A DNA stretch of 56,018 nt from Patescibacteria group bacterium. Its GTDB lineage: Bacteria; Patescibacteriota; Patescibacteriia; JACRDY01. The stretch spans positions 1 to 56,018 of the forward strand of contig JBAZBH010000007.1 of NCBI GenBank assembly GCA_041671565.1, written 5' to 3'. The first letter of the stretch is position 1; each line of letters begins with the position of its first letter. Shown one piece after another: positions 26,663 to 36,525 of this stretch. The position numbers were made by a program, and so were the translations under genes. The notes under the pieces are model-generated. The model did not search any database. It was not told the origin of the DNA and saw only the letters and a program-made list of their open reading frames with translations.

Positions 26663-27529
26663 CTAATTTTCTATAAAATAACGGCAAACCCTTACTTGCC
26701 CGTCCCACAATCGAAGATAAACGCCATCGCCGGCGGCGAGCGAACCAATACTGCCGTCAAAAACCCTTGCCCCACTGGGTAAATCGGCGATTATCTCAAC
26801 TTCTTTAATTAAAAATTTCTTGCCTTGATTAAGCGGAATAAAGCAGTTGGGATAGGGGTCATCCAAGGCGCGGACAAAATTATAAAAATCTTTAACTAAA
26901 TAATTTGCCAACGCCTCAAATTTAACTTCGCACTTTCTCCAGTCAAACCTTTGGCGCGCCGGGTATTGGTCTAAATCTTTTTGTTCAATAAATTTTACTT
27001 GCCCGGCTTCGTAATCGCGAATCACTTCCAAAGTCGCCGCCCCGCCATTGGCTGCCAAACGCTGAAATAAATCCGCCAACCGGCCAGCCAAAGAAAAACC
27101 CCTTTGTTTTAAAATCGGCCCGGCGTCAATCCCTTCAGCCATTTTAAAGATCGTTAATCCCCCTTCGCTCTCGCCATTGATAATCTGATGCTGCCAAGGC
27201 GTGCCGCCGCGATAAGCCGGCAAAAGTGAAGGGTGAAGGCACAAACAATCGACTGCCGCTAAAATTTCTTTCGGCACCAGCCAAGACCAACCGTAAAATA
27301 AAGCCAAGTTAATTTTATTTTCCTTAATAATTTTAAACAGCTCCTCTTTATTTTTTGGGTCAACAAAATGTAAGTTTTGGTACTGATTAGGATCAATCTT
27401 GGCACCAGCGTCATATTTGACAATACCAATATAAACCACCGAGCTTTTATTGGGGTCAATTTCTTTAATTAGTTGATTTAAAATCTGGATCGCCCAAGAG
27501 CGATAACCAAAATAAGCAATTCTAATCAT
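26663..27529 (-). CDS. sugar N-formyltransferase (Fmt fold)
   Basis: HPSLLPAYRGGTP, GIDAGPI. Confidence 0.8.
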   Translation of the reverse strand: MIRIAYFGYRSWAIQILNQLIKEIDPNKSSVVYIGIVKYDAGAKIDPNQYQNLHFVDPKNKEELFKIIKENKINLALFYGWSWLVPKEILAAVDCLCLHPSLLPAYRGGTPWQHQIINGESEGGLTIFKMAEGIDAGPILKQRGFSLAGRLADLFQRLAANGGAATLEVIRDYEAGQVKFIEQKDLDQYPARQRFDWRKCEVKFEALANYLVKDFYNFVRALDDPYPNCFIPLNQGKKFLIKEVEIIADLPSGARVFDGSIGSLAAGDGVYLRLWDGQVRVCRYFIEN

Positions 27530-28532
27530 GCTTTTTTACATAACTGACCAATCTTTTATGCGATTGATTGATAAAAAAAGATGACTGCCAAATCATGTGC
27601 TGTTTGATAAACTGCCAGTCACCCACTCGCCTTAATTTCTGCGCTTGCCGGCGAAAAGGCAACAACCGCGGAATTCTAACCAAAAAATCAGTTGTGGCCT
27701 TGAAAGCCTGATAATTATACTTTAAATTAAACCGCGCAAAAATCAGTAAACCAAAATTTATCACCAGGAGATTAAATAATAAATTAAGCGGTAAAAAAAT
27801 CAGCAACCAGCCTAGAGAATAATTATTAAAAACCCCGATAGTCGAACCATACATCAAATAATAAATCTTTTTCGGCGGAAAACCTTCCATTGAAGCGCCG
27901 GCATAATGATAAAGGCAAATTTCTGGCTCGGTATAATTATTCTTGCCCATAATAATCAAGCGCCAAGACAAATCAATATCGTCGCCATAAAGAAAAATGT
28001 TGGGGCAAAAACCGCCGGCCTCTAAAAAAAGTCGACGAGTAATAAAAAAAGGGCAACCCGGAACAAAAGCCCCTTTTCTTGATTTGGCAAAATTAGCGGC
28101 GGTGTAGCCAAACCAATCAATTTTACCGGGAAAGACATTATAACGCTTAGTCGTGTCATAATGATCCTCATTGCAAGCGAGAACACCGATTTGCGGATCG
28201 CTTTGTTTAGTCCGCTCATAAGTCGCCACTAAATTTTCCACAAAATCTACCGGAATATGCATATCTTCGTTTAAAAACATAACATATTCGCCGGTGGCGG
28301 ACTGGACGCCATGGTTGCAGGCTCGACCATAACCAAAATTTTGCCACTCAATCACCTGAACTTCTGGAAAATTATGCCGAAGGTATTCAACCGAGCCATC
28401 CCGCGAAGCATTGTCTACACAGATAACTTCATAATTAACATAACTCTGGTTCCTAATGGAAAAAAATAATTTATCCAAAAATTTCTTGCCGTTATAACTG
28501 ACAATAATAATCGACACTTTGCCTCCGTTCAT
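27522..28532 (-). CDS. GT2 glycosyltransferase
   Basis: VDNASRDGS, NFGYGRACN, DDIDLSWR. Confidence 0.88.
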   Translation of the reverse strand: MNGGKVSIIIVSYNGKKFLDKLFFSIRNQSYVNYEVICVDNASRDGSVEYLRHNFPEVQVIEWQNFGYGRACNHGVQSATGEYVMFLNEDMHIPVDFVENLVATYERTKQSDPQIGVLACNEDHYDTTKRYNVFPGKIDWFGYTAANFAKSRKGAFVPGCPFFITRRLFLEAGGFCPNIFLYGDDIDLSWRLIIMGKNNYTEPEICLYHYAGASMEGFPPKKIYYLMYGSTIGVFNNYSLGWLLIFLPLNLLFNLLVINFGLLIFARFNLKYNYQAFKATTDFLVRIPRLLPFRRQAQKLRRVGDWQFIKQHMIWQSSFFINQSHKRLVSYVKKHD

Positions 28533-28543
28533 AATAATTGAAA

Positions 28544-29440
28544 TTAGAAATAAAAATTGTGTTTCTCAATATAATTTTTTAATTCCTGCAAAGCCACTTT
28601 CAGGGGTTTAGTTGTTGATTCTTTCAACAACAGCTTAAAATTAGTCGCCAGCGTCCGATCCACCGGTTGGCTAATATTATCAACGGCCATAATCCTTACT
28701 GACTTAGCAAAAACCTCGGCAAAGATATGTAGTAATTCATTTTTATTAACCGTTGTATTGGGAACAAAGTGATGAACGGCGGAAATCTTCAAAAGTTCGG
28801 CAAAATAATCTTCTCCCTGATTAATAATCTCGGCGCAAATTTTGGCAAACTGCAAAGTGGTCACGCCGTTCCAACGATGGTGAGTAAAGCCTTTGAGCTC
28901 GGCGCCAGCCGGTTGACTGAGAAACCATTCCAAGAGACTTAGTTTGTTTTTCTTCTCTGGACCAATAATTGAACAGCGCAGATGCAAAAAATTGTCCGCC
29001 TGAACTTCGCCCAAACTCTTACTTTTGCCATAAACATCCAGCGCGTCATGAGGCGTATTTTCAGTATATTCGCCTTGCCGGCCGCTGTAAACGCAATCAG
29101 TAGCGATTTGAATAATTTTAATTTTTTTTCCTTTGGCTGCCTCGGCTAATAGATAAGGAAAAAGGGTGTTAACTTTGATCGCTCGCAAGCAACCAACCGA
29201 ATCATCGTCTTTACAATATGGCTTGATAATACCGATACAATTGATAATATAATCTGGGTTGCAATCATTTAAAATCTTAGCTAAATCTTCTGCCTTAAAA
29301 TTTTCCGCATCCAGAAAATAAAAAGGCGGCTCTTCTTTTCTTAGCGTGCCCCTGACTTCTAGCTGGCTATCAGCAGATAAATAATTATAAACCATGGAAC
29401 CTAACATGCCACTAGCTCCCAGGACTAAAACTTTAGGCAT
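28544..29440 (-). CDS. RmlD-like nucleotide-sugar reductase
   Basis: GASGMLG, ATDCVYSG, YGKSK. Confidence 0.85.
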   Translation of the reverse strand: MPKVLVLGASGMLGSMVYNYLSADSQLEVRGTLRKEEPPFYFLDAENFKAEDLAKILNDCNPDYIINCIGIIKPYCKDDDSVGCLRAIKVNTLFPYLLAEAAKGKKIKIIQIATDCVYSGRQGEYTENTPHDALDVYGKSKSLGEVQADNFLHLRCSIIGPEKKNKLSLLEWFLSQPAGAELKGFTHHRWNGVTTLQFAKICAEIINQGEDYFAELLKISAVHHFVPNTTVNKNELLHIFAEVFAKSVRIMAVDNISQPVDRTLATNFKLLLKESTTKPLKVALQELKNYIEKHNFYF

Positions 29441-29451
29441 AGTTTATCAAC

Positions 29452-30333
29452 TTAGATTTTATTATTTTTTTGAAAAAAACAAATAATGTTGATCGCTCCC
29501 CATTTTTTGTTTTCTTTTCCAGCGTCGCTTTTTTCTATTGCCTCTTGATTAAACCAAGGAACCAAAATATTGGCCAAAAGTTTTATTGTCTTGCCAAAAT
29601 GGCCCGTATAATAACTGCTAACCAAACTCCAATTATTAAATTTATTTGCTAAGATCTTTTTATTGTATCTTCTCAAATGGCCGATCCTCTTATCATGAAT
29701 ATAATTCAGGAGAATAAATAATGGATTTAGATATTTATAACTTAAAGGCACGGTCACCATCAAAACTGAATCAGTCTTACAGACTCGGTTGATTTCATCA
29801 ATCGCCTGCTGTTCGCGCGGCAGATGTTCTAAGACGGCGTTAGAAATAAAGTAGTCCGCTAAATTATTGCTGAATGGCAACTCCTGGGCATCACAGCAAA
29901 CTAAGGTTATTTTATCTTCTAACTTTAACTGCTTGGCGGCTCTTTGCAATTCTAATAAATTTTTTAAGGTTAAGTCCGTGGCGATAACTTCCGCCCCCAA
30001 TTTGGCGAGTTCGATTGCCAAATAACCGGAACCAGTGCCGCAATCAACCACCAATTTATTTTTTATCTCTCCGGAATTTCTAATAAATTTTTCAAGATAA
30101 CTTTTTTGCCAAGCGACTAACTGGTATTCCAACCGGCAGTCACTTTCATTGGTAAAATATACTATTTGCTTTTGCAAATGATCCGGCAAATTATCCAGAT
30201 CAACCAGAATGACAACATCGTCTACTGTTTTATATGACTGATTGCATTTACTGCAAACTAAAAAATCTCCACCCCCAACTAAATTGGTTTTACATTTGGG
30301 GCAACAAAGATATTTTAATAATTCTTGATTCAT
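29452..30333 (-). CDS. class I methyltransferase with N-terminal Trm112-like Zn finger
   Basis: CCPKC...CSKC, DCGTGSG, VLEHL. Confidence 0.85.
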   Translation of the reverse strand: MNQELLKYLCCPKCKTNLVGGGDFLVCSKCNQSYKTVDDVVILVDLDNLPDHLQKQIVYFTNESDCRLEYQLVAWQKSYLEKFIRNSGEIKNKLVVDCGTGSGYLAIELAKLGAEVIATDLTLKNLLELQRAAKQLKLEDKITLVCCDAQELPFSNNLADYFISNAVLEHLPREQQAIDEINRVCKTDSVLMVTVPLSYKYLNPLFILLNYIHDKRIGHLRRYNKKILANKFNNWSLVSSYYTGHFGKTIKLLANILVPWFNQEAIEKSDAGKENKKWGAINIICFFQKNNKI

Positions 30334-30380
30334 TATCAACTAGCTAGACAGGATAGTTTCGCAACCATCTTGGTCTAAAA

Positions 30381-32003
30381 TTAACGATTTTGTATCTCCC
30401 AAACCTTACTGCCCCAATAATCTGCCGGGAAACGGTAATCATCGCCCTTTGACTCCTCCAGCGTGGCGGTTGATAAAAACATTATTTTAGTCCCTGGCTC
30501 TAAAGCGCGGAAACCATTGGCGTAACCGGCCGGCAGGCGCAAAACGGCCGGCTTTTTAACCGATAGAATAAACCGCTGGACCAGCGCGCTTTTGTCCGGA
30601 TTAACCGTGTCAGTCAGTTTGACCGCCGCCACAATTGCTGAACCGGTAATTACCAGCGCGTACTTTGACTCTTTCAGATGGCCGTGCCAAGCCCGGATTG
30701 TCTCCAATGAAAAATTATCCACGGCATAAAACCGTTTGACATCTTTAAAATCAAAACTGTTGGCAAAACTGATTGACCCGCGGTCATCCACCGCCAGTCC
30801 GCCTTCAATCAAAACTGGCTGGTCGTGATTAACCGACTCTTTAACCGACTGACTCAAAGGATTAATCGCTGACATTGAGCTGGAACTAATCCGCACCGGA
30901 ATAGTCACTTCGGCTTTCTCCGCCTGCGGCTCGATTTTTACATTGGGCAAAATTGGCTGGCTAACAACTGCGGCTGGCACGGCGGGGTTAGTGGCGGGAA
31001 TCGGCGACTCAACTGGTTTAGTTGCCGAACTCGCCGGCTCAATCTTTTCACCATTGGCATTATTTTTAAATGTGGTCTCTTTCAGAAATAAATGATTGGA
31101 ATAACGCGGATTGGAAAGATCTTTAATCCGACGGTTTTCCAGCGCTTCTTTAATCTCCCGAATGCCGTCGTCAATGGAATATTGCGGATAAAAACCCATT
31201 ACCTCTTTAACCTTACGGCCGGAAACGCGATAATTTCTGGTATCTTGAAACGGCGTTTCGGTTTTCTGGACTTTCAAATCGGGAAAATGACTCCTCACTT
31301 GATAGGCCAAATCAATCATCCGGGTATTCTGATTAATTAAATTGAAAATCCCGCGGTGCGGCGTTTCCAGATTATCAACAATCGCCCGCGCCACATCTTT
31401 GACATGGAGAAGCGGCCGAAATTGCTCGCCGCCGAAAACATTAATTTCACCGGAAGTGTGGGCGCGACCGGTCATATAGTTAACCACCAAATCCATCCGC
31501 ACACGGGAGTATTTGTCGCTGACGCCAAACAGCGTCCCGAGACGAAAAATCAAAGCGTCTTTATTTTGCAAATAGGCTTCGCTGTTTAATTTGGTGCCGG
31601 CGTAAAGCGATAGCGGCTGGGCCGGCGAATCTTCGGTCAATTCCTCGGCCTGAGCGCCATAAACACTGCAGGTGGAAGTAAAAATAATCCGCCCATTAAA
31701 ATTTTCTGCCAGCCATTTAACCGCTTCTTGATTAATTTTAACCGTTAAATCTGGATCAAGAGTGCAAGCGCCATCGCCGACAATCGCCGCCAAATGGACT
31801 ACCACATCAGCCCAGGCCAATTGTTTGGCCAAAGCCTGATGGTCGGCAATATCGCCAAAAACAAAATCCACATCTTTCAGATAAGAGTCTTCATACAACA
31901 AATTATCATAAACCCGGAAATTGTAATTGCCGCGCGCTTTCAAAAGATCGGTGACCGCGCCACCGACATAACCCGCGCCACCCGTAACCAAAACATTTTT
32001 CAT
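30381..32003 (-). CDS. fused NAD-dependent epimerase + Pro-rich linker + RmlC-like cupin
   Basis: GGAGYVG, YAGTK; C-terminal DDRG...RAWHGH cupin. Confidence 0.8.
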   Translation of the reverse strand: MKNVLVTGGAGYVGGAVTDLLKARGNYNFRVYDNLLYEDSYLKDVDFVFGDIADHQALAKQLAWADVVVHLAAIVGDGACTLDPDLTVKINQEAVKWLAENFNGRIIFTSTCSVYGAQAEELTEDSPAQPLSLYAGTKLNSEAYLQNKDALIFRLGTLFGVSDKYSRVRMDLVVNYMTGRAHTSGEINVFGGEQFRPLLHVKDVARAIVDNLETPHRGIFNLINQNTRMIDLAYQVRSHFPDLKVQKTETPFQDTRNYRVSGRKVKEVMGFYPQYSIDDGIREIKEALENRRIKDLSNPRYSNHLFLKETTFKNNANGEKIEPASSATKPVESPIPATNPAVPAAVVSQPILPNVKIEPQAEKAEVTIPVRISSSSMSAINPLSQSVKESVNHDQPVLIEGGLAVDDRGSISFANSFDFKDVKRFYAVDNFSLETIRAWHGHLKESKYALVITGSAIVAAVKLTDTVNPDKSALVQRFILSVKKPAVLRLPAGYANGFRALEPGTKIMFLSTATLEESKGDDYRFPADYWGSKVWEIQNR

Positions 32004-32033
32004 ATAAGATTATTCTTTCTCCCCCCTAAAAAG

Positions 32034-32657
32034 TTACTCTACCCACCGTTTAATTTGGAAACCTTCGGCGTACTCGCAATTAGCCATCACACCCCGCACT
32101 TTGGCGAGCGCCCGAATTTTATCCGAACTGCGCATCGGCCGCACTTGCGAAGATTGCAACTCATAACCTTTAATTTTCCGCTCAATCTCAATCGGCACCA
32201 GATAATTTGGGTGGAATTCCCAGCCAGTCCAAGAAAAATCTTGAATCTCTTCATAAAGCAAAACTTTTTTAACAAACCAATTTTTATCATGCGGTCTCAG
32301 CGCCACTTTGGCGGCGCGCCAAATGGTGTCATGGTCTTGGTTGAATCCGGGCGTTGCCAAAAATATCATTTCCGGCCTGACTTGGTTAATCACTCTTTCC
32401 AGCTCGGCAATAAAACTTTGAACAAGGTAAAAATTAACTTTGCTGTTTTGGTTAATTTCATATTCAAACCCAAAAAATTCAGCTGTCTTTTTGGCCTCAG
32501 CTAACCGGTCAGAGAGAGGGATACGATGCGCCGAGTCGGCCGCCACTTGGCTTTCGTCAATGCCGCAATAATAAACAAAACTATCCGCGTCCAAAATCCC
32601 GCCACAGCCCAGGACTTCATCATCAACATGCGGAGCAATAATTAGTTTCTTTTTCAT
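32034..32657 (-). CDS. PIG-L family N-deacetylase
   Basis: APHVDDEVLGCGG, NQDH. Confidence 0.85.
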   Translation of the reverse strand: MKKKLIIAPHVDDEVLGCGGILDADSFVYYCGIDESQVAADSAHRIPLSDRLAEAKKTAEFFGFEYEINQNSKVNFYLVQSFIAELERVINQVRPEMIFLATPGFNQDHDTIWRAAKVALRPHDKNWFVKKVLLYEEIQDFSWTGWEFHPNYLVPIEIERKIKGYELQSSQVRPMRSSDKIRALAKVRGVMANCEYAEGFQIKRWVE

Positions 32658-32685
32658 ATATTGAGCTTCCTTTATTGTGCCCTAT

Positions 32686-32713
32686 ATTATAGCTTAATTA
32701 TCTTTTTTGGCAA
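32686..32713 (-). promoter_or_regulatory. internal promoter
   Basis: TTGCCA-16 nt-TATAAT upstream of the PIG-L gene. Confidence 0.55.
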
Positions 32714-32729
32714 CCTTGACGATTGGGCA

Positions 32730-33494
32730 TTATTTCTTTATGGCGCCACTCTCCCCTGGCTGGCCAACGATGATATAAAAGGCGCAAAACTGCTTAATTA
32801 AAGGCAACTGATTTAGAAAATTATTTATTTTTTCAAAGCCCGACCAATAATTAGCCAGCATAGTGGGCAAAAATGAATGCCGCTTTAAATCAATAATTTT
32901 AAGCCGATTTCTTTCTAAATACCGCCGCAAAGTAAAAATATTACTGCGGAAGTATTTAGTGTTAAAATGACTGCTAAAATGACCAATGGCAATCAAAAAG
33001 GGTATGAAGGTTAAATTCAACGGATTAAATTCTAAGATAAAAATTTTACCGTTCGGCTTTAATGACTTGCGAATATTAGTTAAAATCAAATCCAAATTAT
33101 CAACATGATGGAGTAAATTTACCGCTAAAATATAATCGAACGGCGCCGATTCAAAAGGCTCAAAAAAATCATCAATCAAACCCTGAAAATTATTAACGCC
33201 GGCCTGCTCGGCGGCTTGCCGGGCCAAATCAATTGACTTGATTGAAATATCAACCCCCACCACTTCTTTAGCTCTTTTAGCTATCTCAATCGCATATCGG
33301 CCGCGGCCGCAGCCTAAATCTAAAACCCTTTTATTGCTTAAGTCGCCTAACAGAGCAAAAATTTTATCAAATTCTATTTTTTCCGCTGGCGAGCGGCGCA
33401 ATAACTCCTCAACTTTCAATTTAGATGAGGTCTCGTCAAAACATTTAGCTTGCTTAACCTGAAATTTACTTGGCAGATTAACTGTTTGATTCAT
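32730..33494 (-). CDS. class I SAM-dependent methyltransferase
   Basis: VLDLGCGRG, LLHHV. Confidence 0.88.
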   Translation of the reverse strand: MNQTVNLPSKFQVKQAKCFDETSSKLKVEELLRRSPAEKIEFDKIFALLGDLSNKRVLDLGCGRGRYAIEIAKRAKEVVGVDISIKSIDLARQAAEQAGVNNFQGLIDDFFEPFESAPFDYILAVNLLHHVDNLDLILTNIRKSLKPNGKIFILEFNPLNLTFIPFLIAIGHFSSHFNTKYFRSNIFTLRRYLERNRLKIIDLKRHSFLPTMLANYWSGFEKINNFLNQLPLIKQFCAFYIIVGQPGESGAIKK

Positions 33495-34654
33495 AAAATT
33501 TCTTTTAAAGTATTTTTAATAATCAAATTCCAATCAAATCGACTGGCGTAAGCGATGGCATTGCGGCGATATTCCGCCAAAGTTTTCTCGTCTTGCATAA
33601 TTTTAATCACCGCCAGGGCAATACTCTCCGGATCCGATTCAATCGTCTGGCCGCAATGCCAATCAGCTATTTCCTTGGCATTATATGAAACATCAGTTAA
33701 TAAAATCGGCAAGCCGCCGGCCAAATAAGCCTTAATCTTACCCGGATCGGCAAAATAAGTAAAACTCAAATTTCCCTGTTCGTCGTATTTATCATACATG
33801 GCGACAGCCAAACCGGCGGCCGACAGCATTTTTTCCACTTTTTCATGGCTTTCAATATAACCGGTAAACTCAACGGCTAAAGCGATCTTCAACTGTTCAA
33901 CCTGCGCTTTTAATTCAGGCAGATACTCGCCGCCGCCGATAACCAAAAACTTAAAATCGGGTATGATTTTAATAATCTGGGGCACGGCCGCCAAAACATA
34001 TTGCACACCCTGCTTTTTTAAAATGTGGCCCATAAAAACTAGAGTGTGTTTATTGATTGCCGAAAAATCCAGCCGCTGGAACCGCTCGAACCAAATCCCA
34101 ATCGGCACCACTTTTTGTTTATTGTCTTGGAAGCCAAAATATCTTTCCCGACCCTCAATCATCCGCGGCGAAAGATTCCAAGTCTGATCAGAATATCTGA
34201 CAGCCGCCTGGTCAATCCAATGATAAATCTGGTTCAACAGAGTATTTTTAAACCGCCGCGGATTATAATCAATTACATAATAAACGGTTTTATTTACCCA
34301 GCCTAGCCATTTTAAAATCACTCCCGCCAAAGCGTTTAGATTATCATTGCCAATATACAAATCCCACTTTTGGCCGCTAATCATTACCCAATAAATATTC
34401 AGCCAAACATCTTTAATGTAAGAAAGTAAGGCGGGAATTTTCTTAATCCGGTAATAATTTTCCTTAATCTGATTGCCTTTTTTATAATATTCATAGCCGG
34501 AACTTTTTAACCGCGAATCAAAGAACAGCGGATGGCTAATAAATAATAACTCGGCCACGGGCTCCCCAATAAAAAAATCTCGCCAATCCTGGGCCGGCCC
34601 GGTGGCATAAACATGGGTGGCGATAATTATTTTTTTATTTTCTAATTCGGTCAT
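33491..34654 (-). CDS. GT4 glycosyltransferase, paralog of 20704-21882
   Basis: Shared DNLNALAG, VYYVIDY, DPGKIK.YL. Confidence 0.85.
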   Translation of the reverse strand: MTELENKKIIIATHVYATGPAQDWRDFFIGEPVAELLFISHPLFFDSRLKSSGYEYYKKGNQIKENYYRIKKIPALLSYIKDVWLNIYWVMISGQKWDLYIGNDNLNALAGVILKWLGWVNKTVYYVIDYNPRRFKNTLLNQIYHWIDQAAVRYSDQTWNLSPRMIEGRERYFGFQDNKQKVVPIGIWFERFQRLDFSAINKHTLVFMGHILKKQGVQYVLAAVPQIIKIIPDFKFLVIGGGEYLPELKAQVEQLKIALAVEFTGYIESHEKVEKMLSAAGLAVAMYDKYDEQGNLSFTYFADPGKIKAYLAGGLPILLTDVSYNAKEIADWHCGQTIESDPESIALAVIKIMQDEKTLAEYRRNAIAYASRFDWNLIIKNTLKEIL

Positions 34655-35579
34655 AATTTTTGGTAAACCAATTATAGGTCAGAGCCAAACCGTCGTCTAG
34701 ATTAATCTGATATTTCCAGCCTAAAGCGCTCAGTTTGGAAACATCCAATAATTTCTGCGGCGTGCCGTCCGGCCCGACCGCGCTCCAAGCGATTTCTCCA
34801 AGGAAACCAACGGCTTTTTTAATTTTCTCAGTCAACTCTTTGACGGCCAGATCTTCGCCGGTGCCGATATTGATAATCTCCGACTCATTATAATTATTCA
34901 TTAAATATAAACAAGCGTCAGCCAAATCATCGACATACAAAAATTCCCGGCGCGAACTGCCACTGCCCCACAATTCAACTTTAGCTTGATTGTTTATCTT
35001 AGCTAAATGAAATTTATGGATTAAAGCCGGGATAACATGAGCGTTGACTAAATCAAAATAATCATGCGGACCATATAAATTGGTCGGCATGACGGAAATA
35101 AAGTTAGTCTTATACTGCTGGTTAAAACTCTGGCACATTTTGATGCCGGCAATTTTCGCCAAAGCGTAAGCGTCATTGGTTTCTTCCAGTTTGCCGCTTA
35201 AGAGATATTCCTCTTTCATCGGTTGGGGGCAATCCCGCGGATAAATACAGGAAGAGCCAAGGAACAAAAGCTTTTTCACTCCTTGTCGCCAGGCGTTATA
35301 AATAATATTATTTTGTATTTCTAGATTTTGATAAATAAAATCAGCTTTATGGTTTTTATTATTCAGAATGCCGCCGACCTTGGCCGCGGCAAGAAAAACA
35401 TACTCCGGCTTTGCCTCGGCAAAAAAATCCGCCACCGCCGGCTGGCTAAGTAAATCAAGCTCTTGGCGACTTTTTAACAACAAATTATTATGACCGGCTT
35501 TTTGCAACCGACGGACAATGGCCGAACCGACCATGCCCTGATGCCCGGCGACATAAATTTTCGCTTGTTGGTCCATCAT
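34635..35579 (-). CDS. fcl: GDP-L-fucose synthase / GDP-colitose synthase (Fcl/ColC family)
   Basis: GHQGMVGSA, LGSSCIYP, YALAK, MPTNLYGP, REFLYVDD. Confidence 0.88.
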   Translation of the reverse strand: MMDQQAKIYVAGHQGMVGSAIVRRLQKAGHNNLLLKSRQELDLLSQPAVADFFAEAKPEYVFLAAAKVGGILNNKNHKADFIYQNLEIQNNIIYNAWRQGVKKLLFLGSSCIYPRDCPQPMKEEYLLSGKLEETNDAYALAKIAGIKMCQSFNQQYKTNFISVMPTNLYGPHDYFDLVNAHVIPALIHKFHLAKINNQAKVELWGSGSSRREFLYVDDLADACLYLMNNYNESEIINIGTGEDLAVKELTEKIKKAVGFLGEIAWSAVGPDGTPQKLLDVSKLSALGWKYQINLDDGLALTYNWFTKNYDRIRK

Positions 35580-35580
35580 A

Positions 35581-36501
35581 TTAATTAAAAATTTTATGAT
35601 TAACTAAATTTTTAATAAACTCCTCTGGGTCTGTCTCGGATTCCGGCTGGATTATTGTTTTCAAATAATCGCAAATCATTCTGGAAACTTGCTCTTGCCA
35701 GTCGGCGTAAGTCCTAACTTCGGCTAAGCCTGCGGTTTGCTTAGTATCGCCGCAATCTTTAATTTTTACCACCTGTCGATCAGCATCAAAACCTAAACCC
35801 TCTTGATAAAGAAATGGATAACGGTTTTTAAAATCACCTAAAGCCATTCTTTCTCTAACGGTTACAAATTGGGTCTCGTCGACAGAACCGGGCAAAGGCG
35901 AGGCCGTCATATCATCGGCTAAATGAACTAACATTTCTTCAAAGGTTTTATCCGGCCGCAAAACTGCCTGGTTATCAGCATTCAAACTGATAAAATCAGC
36001 TAAACTATTATGGCCGGTTTCTTTGCCGGCATTTTTGATATATTCAACAATTGAGCCACTCACCCCTTGTTCAACCAAAATCTTATATAATTGGTCATAG
36101 GCGGCCACACTATAAACATCAATTGGCTTACCCGCTTTTTGGGCCTTGCGGCGAAAAACTTCAAATCTTTTGTTGACATCGTGGATCAAAGCCCGGCTCA
36201 CCACTTCATTTTTAAGCGCCCCATCAATTGCTCCCTGCTGGAATAGTTTTTCGGCCACCGCCTCAGCGCAAGACGCCACGGCAACATTATGTTCTCCGAC
36301 ATTGCGGAAATCTTCTCTATCTAATTCATTATCGAGATAAGGATTGGGAATCGGCGCTGATTTATCAGGCCGCACGCCGCCCACCTCCATAACGGAAAAA
36401 GCGACCGGATATTGCTGCTCCAACCTTTCTTTGGTTGACTCAAAAACATTGCGCCAAATTTTCGGCTTTGGCATTGAAAAATTTTCTTGGTCTATTGTCA
36501 T
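35581..36501 (-). CDS. HD-domain-like protein
   Basis: EHNVAV...ALIHD...HLADD spacing typical of HD phosphohydrolases. Confidence 0.5.
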   Translation of the reverse strand: MTIDQENFSMPKPKIWRNVFESTKERLEQQYPVAFSVMEVGGVRPDKSAPIPNPYLDNELDREDFRNVGEHNVAVASCAEAVAEKLFQQGAIDGALKNEVVSRALIHDVNKRFEVFRRKAQKAGKPIDVYSVAAYDQLYKILVEQGVSGSIVEYIKNAGKETGHNSLADFISLNADNQAVLRPDKTFEEMLVHLADDMTASPLPGSVDETQFVTVRERMALGDFKNRYPFLYQEGLGFDADRQVVKIKDCGDTKQTAGLAEVRTYADWQEQVSRMICDYLKTIIQPESETDPEEFIKNLVNHKIFN

Positions 36502-36525
36502 ATAATTATTTAAATTTTATTATTT

